A stretch of 33,532 nucleotides of DNA from Erythrobacter sp. (GTDB taxonomy: Bacteria > Pseudomonadota > Alphaproteobacteria > Sphingomonadales > Sphingomonadaceae): positions 1-33,532 of the forward strand of contig JBFOLW010000332.1 of the NCBI GenBank assembly GCA_040830305.1. The letters are read 5' to 3'. Shown here one piece after another: positions 19,952 to 28,940 of this stretch (position 1 is its first letter; each line of letters starts with the position of its first letter). Made by a program: the position numbers and the translations under genes. The notes under the pieces are model-generated. The model was not told where the DNA came from. It ran no database searches and saw only the letters and a list, made by a program, of their open reading frames with translations.

Positions 19952-19978
19952 TGTAACCACGTCGGCAAGACTGACGAA
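19952..19978 (+). promoter_or_regulatory. ECF sigma-type promoter TGTAACC-N16-CGAA upstream of small ORF-msrA
   Basis: Matches the GTAACC-N16-CGAA type of Caulobacter SigF; sister site with the same spacing upstream of msrB. Confidence 0.72.
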
Positions 19979-19987
19979 AGACACAGC

Positions 19988-20119
19988 ATGGCCCTCTTCA
20001 TTCCCGACCTCTATCGCAATTTCGGCATCGGTTTCGGTGCCGGGGCAGTCGTTGTCCTGCTGACTAACAGCAGCGATATCCTCTCAGCCGTTCCGCAGCT
20101 GATCGCCTCGATCTTGTGA
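19988..20119 (+). CDS. Small hydrophobic protein (43 aa), absent from the ORF track
   Basis: MALFIPDLYRNFGIGFGAGAVVVLLTNSSDILSAVPQLIASIL; starts 9 nt after the ECF -10; its stop overlaps the msrA start (TGATG). Confidence 0.7.
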   Translation: MALFIPDLYRNFGIGFGAGAVVVLLTNSSDILSAVPQLIASIL

Positions 20120-20799
20120 TGCGGCTGCAGGCTGCCCTTGCCGCCGCCGCACTCGCCCTGGGCGCATCCGCCTGTCAGGAGCCGGCGATCGCTGCCGAAA
20201 AGGCAGTCGCGGCGCCCGCGGCATTGCGCGTGGCCGATGAAGGCGTGGGCCTCAAGACCGCGATCTTCGCGGGTGGCTGCTTTTGGGGCGTCGAAGGCGT
20301 TTTCAGCCATGTCAAAGGCGTGAAAAGCGCGATTTCGGGCTATCATGGCGGGACTAAGCGCCAGGCGGACTACAAGCTCGTCTCCTCCGGAATCACCGAC
20401 CACGCCGAGGCGGTGAAGGTCGTCTACGATCCCAAGGTCATCCGCTACGACCAGCTCCTGCGTATCTTTTTCTCGGTCGTCGCCGACCCCACCCAGCTCA
20501 ACCGCCAGGGCCCCGATGTCGGGGCGCATTATCGCAGTGCGCTGGTCCCGCAATCGCGCGAACAGGCAGCGGTGGCGACCGCCTATCTGCAACAGTTGCG
20601 CTCCGCAGCCCTGTGGTCGAAGCCGATCGTAACGAGGATCGAAAAGGCCAAGACCTTCTACCCGGCCGAGACCTATCATCAGGACTTCATGCTGAAGAAC
20701 CCGCGCCACGGGTATATCGTCCGGTGGGATGCGCCCAAGGTGAAGGCCCTGAAGGCGATGTATCCGGGCGTCTATTCGGCCAGCTTCCAGCCCGGCTAG
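20119..20799 (+). CDS. msrA: Peptide-methionine (S)-S-oxide reductase, predicted lipoprotein
   Basis: FAGGCFWGVE, SGYHGG, HAEAV, DPTQLNRQGPD.G.HYRS, FYPAETYHQDF; lipobox-like LGASAC. Confidence 0.95.
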   Translation: MRLQAALAAAALALGASACQEPAIAAEKAVAAPAALRVADEGVGLKTAIFAGGCFWGVEGVFSHVKGVKSAISGYHGGTKRQADYKLVSSGITDHAEAVKVVYDPKVIRYDQLLRIFFSVVADPTQLNRQGPDVGAHYRSALVPQSREQAAVATAYLQQLRSAALWSKPIVTRIEKAKTFYPAETYHQDFMLKNPRHGYIVRWDAPKVKALKAMYPGVYSASFQPG

Positions 20800-20836
20800 C
20801 TTGCGTGGGCGCGCGGTGCGTCCTACTTCTAGCCGC

Positions 20837-21304
20837 ATGGCCGGACACGCACACGCACATACCGAACACGAGGGCGACGACCTGATCGTTGCCGCGCGTC
20901 ACACGCTTACCGACAGCGGCGAGCAATGGACGGGCATGCGTCAGTCGGTGTTCGAGGAGCTTGCGCGGCACGACAAGCCGGCCAGCGCTTACGACATTGC
21001 CGACAACCTCTCCAGGTCGCGCGGCAAGCGCGTCGCGCCCAACAGCGTCTACCGGATCCTCGACCTGTTCGTGCGGACCAATCTCGCCAACCGGATCGAG
21101 AGCGCCAACGCCTATCTGGTCAATACCCACCCGGGCTGCCGGCATGATTGCATTTTCCTGATCTGCGACGATTGCGGCAAGGCCACGCATATCGACGACG
21201 AACGCGTCACGGGCGCGCTTCGCGAGGCGGGCAAGGATGCGGGTTTCACCGATGTCCGCCCGGTGGTCGAGCTCCGCGGATTGTGCGACGATTGCGCGCG
21301 ATGA
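20837..21304 (+). CDS. zur: Fur-family regulator, Zur-like
   Basis: His-rich N-terminus MAGHAHAHTEH, SAYDI, APNSVYRILD, RIESANAY, FLICDDCG and GLCDDC zinc sites. Confidence 0.8.
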   Translation: MAGHAHAHTEHEGDDLIVAARHTLTDSGEQWTGMRQSVFEELARHDKPASAYDIADNLSRSRGKRVAPNSVYRILDLFVRTNLANRIESANAYLVNTHPGCRHDCIFLICDDCGKATHIDDERVTGALREAGKDAGFTDVRPVVELRGLCDDCAR

Positions 21305-21379
21305 ACAGCGCCCAAGCGTTTCTTCACATCGACAAAGCGTTCATCGACAGTTGCGTTTTACGGGTGTAGGGATTCCGCC

Positions 21380-23302
21380 ATGACGACCCCCCCGAAGACG
21401 CCGTTGCTCGACACGGTCAATACCCCCGCCGACCTGCGCAAGCTGAAGAAGGACCAGCTTCGCCAGCTTTCCGACGAATTGCGCGCCGAGATGATCGATG
21501 CGGTCGGCACGACCGGCGGACACCTCGGGTCGGGGCTCGGCGTGGTCGAACTGACCACCGCGATACACTATGTTTTCGACACGCCGACCGACAAGCTGAT
21601 TTGGGATGTCGGCCACCAGTGCTACCCGCACAAAATCCTCACTGGCAGGCGCGACCGCATCCGGACGCTGCGCCAAGGCGGCGGGCTGAGCGGCTTCACC
21701 AAGCGCGCGGAAAGCGAATACGATCCCTTTGGTGCCGCGCACAGCTCGACCTCGATCTCGGCCGCGCTCGGCTTCGCCATGGCGAACAAGATGCAGGGCA
21801 AGCCCGGCCGCGGGATCGCAGTCATCGGTGACGGCGCGATGAGCGCTGGGATGGCCTATGAAGCGATGAACAACGCCGAGCAGGCAGGCAATCGGCTGGT
21901 GGTCATCCTCAACGACAACGACATGTCGATTGCGCCCCCCGTGGGCGGCCTGTCGGCCTACCTCGCGCGGACCGTTTCGAGCAGCGAGTATCTCGGATTG
22001 CGCAGCCTCGCCTCGCGCATCTCCAAGAAGCTCAGCCGCAAGGTGCATTCGGGTCTAGAAAAGGCCGAGGAATACGCCCGCGGCATGGTCACCGGCGGCA
22101 CGCTGTTCGAGGAGCTCGGGTTCTATTATGTCGGCCCGATCGACGGGCACAATCTCGACCACCTCCTCCCGGTGCTGGAGAACGTGCGCGATAGCGAGCA
22201 GGGCCCCGTGCTGATCCATGTCGTGACGCAGAAGGGCAAGGGCTACGCTCCGGCGGAAAACAGCGCCGACAAATACCACGGCGTCGCCAAGTTCGATGTG
22301 GTCACCGGCGAGCAGAAGAAGAGCTCGGGCGGCCCGCCCGCCTACCAGAACGTCTTCGGCGAAACGCTGGCCAGGCTGGCCAACGACGATCCGCGCATCT
22401 GCGCGATCACGGCGGCAATGCCATCGGGCACGGGCGTCGACAAATTCGCCAAGGCGCATCCTGATAGGGCCTTTGACGTCGGGATTGCCGAACAGCATGG
22501 CGTGACCTTCGCGGCGGGGCTCGCAGCCGAAGGCATGCGTCCTTTCGCGGCGATCTATTCGACCTTCCTCCAGCGCGCCTACGACCAGGTGGTCCACGAC
22601 GTGGCAATCCAGAACCTGCCCGTGCGCTTCGCCATCGACCGTGCGGGGCTTGTAGGTGCCGACGGCTGCACGCATGCCGGCGCCTTCGATATCACCTATC
22701 TTGCGACGCTGCCCAACATGGTGGTGATGGCCGCTGCCGACGAGGCCGAGCTGGCGCATATGACCTACACGGCTGCCGAATATGACGCAGGACCCATCGC
22801 CTTTCGCTATCCGCGCGGTGCTGGCACGGGCGTCGAAATTCCGGAGACCCTCGAGAAGCTGGAAATCGGCAAAGGCCGCGTGGTGCGCGAAGGCAGCAAG
22901 GTCGCGATCCTGTCGCTTGGCGCGCGTCTGGAAGAGGCCAAGAAAGCCGCCGACCAGCTCGAAGCCAAGGGTCTGTCGACCACGGTCGCAGATATGCGCT
23001 TTGCCAAGCCGCTCGACACCGCGCTGATCGAGAAGCTGATGCGCACGCACGAGGTCGTGGTGACGATCGAGGAAGGTGCGGTGGGCGGCCTCGGCGCGCA
23101 TGTGCTGACCTTTGCCAGCGACAGCGGGCTCACCGATGGCGGGCTCAAGGTTCGCACCATGCGCCTTCCCGACCTGTTCCAGGACCAGGACGCGCCCGAG
23201 AAGCAGTATGACGAGGCCGGCCTCAACGCGCCGCATATCGTCGACACGGTGCTGGGTGCACTACGGCACAATAGCGCGGGCGTCGAAGAGGCGCGGGCCT
23301 GA
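21380..23302 (+). CDS. dxs: 1-deoxy-D-xylulose-5-phosphate synthase
   Basis: [72 protein letters not shown]. Confidence 0.98.
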   Translation: MTTPPKTPLLDTVNTPADLRKLKKDQLRQLSDELRAEMIDAVGTTGGHLGSGLGVVELTTAIHYVFDTPTDKLIWDVGHQCYPHKILTGRRDRIRTLRQGGGLSGFTKRAESEYDPFGAAHSSTSISAALGFAMANKMQGKPGRGIAVIGDGAMSAGMAYEAMNNAEQAGNRLVVILNDNDMSIAPPVGGLSAYLARTVSSSEYLGLRSLASRISKKLSRKVHSGLEKAEEYARGMVTGGTLFEELGFYYVGPIDGHNLDHLLPVLENVRDSEQGPVLIHVVTQKGKGYAPAENSADKYHGVAKFDVVTGEQKKSSGGPPAYQNVFGETLARLANDDPRICAITAAMPSGTGVDKFAKAHPDRAFDVGIAEQHGVTFAAGLAAEGMRPFAAIYSTFLQRAYDQVVHDVAIQNLPVRFAIDRAGLVGADGCTHAGAFDITYLATLPNMVVMAAADEAELAHMTYTAAEYDAGPIAFRYPRGAGTGVEIPETLEKLEIGKGRVVREGSKVAILSLGARLEEAKKAADQLEAKGLSTTVADMRFAKPLDTALIEKLMRTHEVVVTIEEGAVGGLGAHVLTFASDSGLTDGGLKVRTMRLPDLFQDQDAPEKQYDEAGLNAPHIVDTVLGALRHNSAGVEEARA

Positions 23303-23325
23303 TTGGCAAGCGGCTGGCGCACTTC

Positions 23326-24123
23326 GTGACAACCGCGCTGGCAACATTCGCGGTCGCTTATCTCGCTCTCGTCGCCATGCTCTACCTGGCGCAGGGCGCG
23401 CTGATCTATCCCGCCCCGCGTGCGATCGGGCCGACGACGGGCGGGTTCGAGGAAGTTTCCTATCGCACGGCGGACGGCCTCGGCCTTACAGCCGGTTATC
23501 GCGCGGCCCGGTCGGGCTTCCCGACCATCGTCTATTTCCACGGCAACGGCGCGGACTGGGTGTCCAGCGTCGTTGCGACCGACCGGCTGGTACCCGAAGG
23601 GTACGGCGTGCTGGCGGCGGAGTACCGCGGCTATCGCGGCAATCCCGGCAATCCGAGCGAAGAAGGACTCTACCGCGATGGCAGGGCGGCTATCGCGTTC
23701 CTGAACGGACGCGGGGTCGAACCGGAAGGCCTCGTGCTGATCGGCAATTCGATCGGATCGGGTGTCGCAGTCCAGATGGCGAGCGAGGTCGAAGCCGCAG
23801 CCTTGGTGCTGATCTCGCCTTTCGCAAGCCTGCGTCAGCTCGCCGGCGAGAAGTTCCGCTGGCTGCCAACCGGCCTGCTGCTCCGTGACCGCTACGAGAA
23901 CGCGGACAAGCTGGGCGATGTCAAAGCGCCGGTGTTGATACTGCACGGCGATGCCGACACGCTCATCCCGCCGGCGCATGCCGAGCAGCTGGCAGCGGCC
24001 AACCCGGCGGCCGAACTGCGCATTTTTTCCGGTTACGGACACGATCTCGCATGGCATGAGGTTGCCGAAGAGGCCGTACTCGCCTTCCTCGACCGGCATA
24101 CTCTGGAGGACACTCGCCCATGA
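23326..24123 (+). CDS. Alpha/beta hydrolase (Bem46/ABHD-like), membrane anchored
   Basis: YFHGNG, EYRGY.G.PG.PSEEGL, GNSIG nucleophile, LHGDAD, GYGH. Confidence 0.88.
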   Translation: MTTALATFAVAYLALVAMLYLAQGALIYPAPRAIGPTTGGFEEVSYRTADGLGLTAGYRAARSGFPTIVYFHGNGADWVSSVVATDRLVPEGYGVLAAEYRGYRGNPGNPSEEGLYRDGRAAIAFLNGRGVEPEGLVLIGNSIGSGVAVQMASEVEAAALVLISPFASLRQLAGEKFRWLPTGLLLRDRYENADKLGDVKAPVLILHGDADTLIPPAHAEQLAAANPAAELRIFSGYGHDLAWHEVAEEAVLAFLDRHTLEDTRP

Positions 24124-24917
24124 GCCTGCTCACGATCGACACCGCCGATCACATCACCACGCTTACGCTCAACCGGCCCGAGACGATGAATCCGCTCGGC
24201 GCCGCTGGCGATGGGGATGCTTTCGCCGCGGCTTGCGATGCGATCAACGCGAACATGGATGTGCGCTGCGTCATCCTGACTGGCGCTGGGCGTGCGTTTA
24301 GCGCGGGCGGCGACATCAAGGCAATGAAGGAGCGGACGGGGACGTTCGGCGGGACCGCGCCGGAGATCTCCGACGGCTACCGCAATAACATCCACAAGGT
24401 GCTGCGCGCGCTCTATGGCCTGCGCGTGCCGCTCATCGCCGCGGTCAACGGCCCGGCGATCGGGCTCGGCTGCGACCTCGCCTGCCTTGCCGACATGCGT
24501 ATCGCCAGCGACCGGGCGAAATTCGGTGTGACATTCCTCAAGCTCGGCATCATCCCGGGCGATGGCGGCACGTGGATCCTCCCGCGCATCATCGGCGAGG
24601 CGCGCGCGGCGGAACTGTTCTATACCGGCGACGTGATCGATGCCGCGACCGCGCGCGACTGGGGCCTGGTGAGCCGCGTGGTCGACGGCGAGGTGCTAAT
24701 GGACGAAGCCCGGGCGCTCGCAGGCAGGGTCGGCGCCATGCCTCCGCATGCTCTGCGACAGGCGAAGAACCTGATGCGGCAGGGGCGTTCGATCTCCTAT
24801 GACAGCGCGCTCGAGATGGCCGCCAATACGCAGGCGCTGATGCACCTGACCGAGGATCACATGGAGGGCATCGACGCGTTGCTCGAGAAGCGCGCTCCGC
24901 GTTTCACCGGGGGCTAG
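24120..24917 (+). CDS. Crotonase/enoyl-CoA hydratase-isomerase family
   Basis: LNRPE, LTGAGRAFSAGGD, AVNGPAIGLG, LGIIPGDGG, EKRAPRF; ATGA overlap with the upstream gene. Confidence 0.92.
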   Translation: MSLLTIDTADHITTLTLNRPETMNPLGAAGDGDAFAAACDAINANMDVRCVILTGAGRAFSAGGDIKAMKERTGTFGGTAPEISDGYRNNIHKVLRALYGLRVPLIAAVNGPAIGLGCDLACLADMRIASDRAKFGVTFLKLGIIPGDGGTWILPRIIGEARAAELFYTGDVIDAATARDWGLVSRVVDGEVLMDEARALAGRVGAMPPHALRQAKNLMRQGRSISYDSALEMAANTQALMHLTEDHMEGIDALLEKRAPRFTGG

Positions 24918-24918
24918 C

Positions 24919-25602
24919 TCACCCGACCCAGCGCCAGATCCCGGCAGGGATCCCGTTGGCGTGGATATGGGCGTAGGTTGCAGCGAGCCAGATGACGATC
25001 CCGCCGATCCAGGCGGCGGTCCCCGCCTTGGCAAAGCCCGAGGGGCGGGGCCAGAAATGCGTCCGGCTTTCCCAGTCCGCCCAAGCCTCGCCCATCAGTG
25101 CTTCCTTCTTGCGATCCTGCAGATGCGCGCCGACCAGCGCGAGGAAGCCTAGCGCGCCTGCCAGAACAATCTGGCGCGGGGTCGGGCTCGTGAGGATGTG
25201 CATCGCCGCCCACAACACAAAGCTCCACATCATCGGATGGCGCGTGACGTGGAAGACGCCGTGTACCGGCAGTGCCGCATTGCTCGCGGCATTCGGGTCG
25301 GGCAATGCCGGATTGCGCACGAGGCTGCCTGCGAACAGCACCGAGGCGACCAGCATTATTGCCGTCGCAGCCAACCAGATCACATCGCCCATGCCGTTCC
25401 ACAACGGTACGCCCCCAGGCCCGACCGCGCGAAAGGCGAGCACCGCCCAGACGAAGGTCGCCAGCGCAACCAGCGAGTAGAGCCCGCGAAAGCCGTTCTC
25501 GCCGATGACACCGACGAGCGGTCCCCTCAGTGGATGCGAAAGCGCGAAATGCGTGCCCACGAAAGCGAGCGACCCGGAGATCAGTGAAAGCATCGGGTCC
25601 AT
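24919..25602 (-). CDS. NnrU-family membrane protein
   Basis: FVGTHF.LSHPLR, FRGLYSLVA, VTRHPMMW, HLQDRK, W..RT..WP; GGAGGA RBS before ATG 25602. Confidence 0.85.
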   Translation of the reverse strand: MDPMLSLISGSLAFVGTHFALSHPLRGPLVGVIGENGFRGLYSLVALATFVWAVLAFRAVGPGGVPLWNGMGDVIWLAATAIMLVASVLFAGSLVRNPALPDPNAASNAALPVHGVFHVTRHPMMWSFVLWAAMHILTSPTPRQIVLAGALGFLALVGAHLQDRKKEALMGEAWADWESRTHFWPRPSGFAKAGTAAWIGGIVIWLAATYAHIHANGIPAGIWRWVG

Positions 25603-25665
25603 CAATTCCTCCCCCAAGGTCGGGGGGAAGCTATCAGGTTCGCAAGACCCGGCAAGGGCGCGTGA

Positions 25666-26154
25666 TCAGCGGCCTTCGATGCCGATCAGCTTCACCTTGA
25701 ACAGCAGGGTCGCACCACCGGGAATCGGTCCCTTCCCGCTTGCGCCATATGCAAGGTCCGCCGGCGCGGCGATTTCGATCGTGTCACCGACGCCCATTTC
25801 GGGGATTGCCATCTGCCAGGCCTTGATCAGCCGGCCCAGCGGGAAGGTTGCAGGTTCGCCGCGCTCGAAGCTGGAATCGAAGGTCTCGCCATCGATGAAG
25901 GTGCCCGCATAGTGCACTGTCACTGTGTCCTCGACCCGCGGCTTCATCTCGCTCGCGGCATATTCGACGTAGCGCCATTTGAGCCCGCCCGGCATCACGC
26001 GCCAGCCTTCGTCGCGCGACAGGCCTGCAAGATAGGCCTGTTGCGCGTTCATCCAGGCAATGTCCTGCGAGCGGTCGGGAGTATCCTGCGCCGAGAGTGC
26101 ATGGAAGCCGACCGCTGCGGCCGCCGCGCCGAGCGCAAGCAGGGTGGTACGCAT
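25666..26154 (-). CDS. FKBP-type peptidyl-prolyl cis-trans isomerase, exported
   Basis: VTVHYAG..IDG..FDSS..RG.P..F.L..LIKAW, LAYG, IPGGATLLF.V.L. Confidence 0.93.
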   Translation of the reverse strand: MRTTLLALGAAAAAVGFHALSAQDTPDRSQDIAWMNAQQAYLAGLSRDEGWRVMPGGLKWRYVEYAASEMKPRVEDTVTVHYAGTFIDGETFDSSFERGEPATFPLGRLIKAWQMAIPEMGVGDTIEIAAPADLAYGASGKGPIPGGATLLFKVKLIGIEGR

Positions 26155-26167
26155 TTCCTTCGTGTCC

Positions 26168-27453
26168 TTACCAATCGTAAGCTTTCGGCAGGTCGCTTTC
26201 GTCGAGATCGCGATAGCGGTCCTTCAAGCGGCTCTGGTGGTTGTCGAGCGGCTGCTCGATACCGTCGATAAAGACCTTTACCGGCATCGAGCCAACTTCG
26301 AGCGGGTCGCCGTCCCAAATGACGAGATCGCCCATCGCTCCAGGCGCGAGCACACCGGCCCTGCCGCTCATGCCGCTGATCGAAGCAGGGACCGAACTGA
26401 TTGCTGCAAAGGCCTGCCCCCAGCTGAGACCATCGGCGCCCGGAATGCGGGTCAGCGCGACGAGATTGCCGGCATATTGGTTGAGATTGCGCGGGTTTTC
26501 CATCGCCGAGGCGTTGATCGCCACCTTGACGCCCGCTTTGACCATGCGGCCGACATTGCTTTGCGTCGACCCCAGTTCCTCGAAGTTCTGCGGGAGATCG
26601 TCGAGCCCGTCGGCGATGACCGGTACCCCTGCCGCAGCGATCTCGCGCGCGACCATCCAGCCCTCGCTCGCCCCGACGAGCACGAGGTCGAGACTGGAGA
26701 ATTCGCGTTTGAGCTCCAGCACCGTGCGGATGTCCGAGGCGCGTTCCACCGCCACCATCAGCGGCTGGCGACCGGATATGACTGCACCCAGCGCCTCGGC
26801 ATCGGCGCGCGGCAATTGCGCGTCGGCCCCGTCCCAGGTGCCATTGGCATAGGCCCGCGCTTCGAACAGCGCGTTGCGCAGCGCGACATAGGTTGCCGCG
26901 CGGCTGCCGCCTGCGATCCGCGCGCCGTATTCGCCCAGGGCCACGGTCTGGAAGGCGCGCGGCCGGACGACTGCCTGGCCGTCGGCCCCAAGATCGATAA
27001 TCGCGCCCTGTCCGCCGAATATCTCGCCCGCGGGCAGGATCATGCTGGCAGCACGGGTGATCCCCGCTGCGCGATGGATCGCGATATGCTGCGATGCCGG
27101 GTTGATTGCCGGCGCGACATCCAGCGCAGCGCTGAAATCGGCCTCGCGCGGGCGCGTGTCGTTGGACTCGCTGACCGCGCCGACGTCCCACAGGCCCAGT
27201 GTGGTCATGGTCGCGAAGAGCCCGGGAGTGACCCATGCGCCGCTGCCGTCGAGCACCTGTACGCCGGCGGGAACGGTGACGCCGGTCCCCGCGGCCACCA
27301 CCTTGCCGTCACGCACGAGCACGGTGGCGCCTTCGACCGGCTCGGATCCGTCACCGGTGGCGACGGTGGCATTGGTGATTGCAATGTCCTGCGCCGTGGC
27401 AGGAGTGGCGATTGCAAGCGCGGCAAGGCCGGCCGTAAAGGTCAATGCGCGCT

Positions 27454-27457
<4 letters not shown>
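26168..27457 (-). CDS. Amidohydrolase-fold exported protein lacking the canonical metal ligands
   Basis: Signal peptide; DG.G.WVTPGL, AGIT, G.LAPG..GDLVIWDGDPL framework, but HxH is replaced by TMT. Confidence 0.82.
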
Positions 27458-28836
<1,379 letters not shown>

Positions 28837-28853
28837 GGAACCCCCAATGCAGT

Positions 28854-28934
28854 CGGGCCGGAGCATCGCTGCCCCGGCCCGCCCGGTCAATCCAATTTGG
28901 TCGAGCGAAATCGTCGCTCCGACGATCCCCTCGA
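28854..28934. other. Two intergenic stem-loops between the POT transporter and amidohydrolase genes
   Basis: CGGGCCGG-N12-CCGGCCCG (28854-28881) and TCGAG..ATCGTCG-CTC-CGACGAT..CTCGA (28901-28934); no U-tract. Confidence 0.5.
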
Positions 28935-28940
28935 TCGCGA

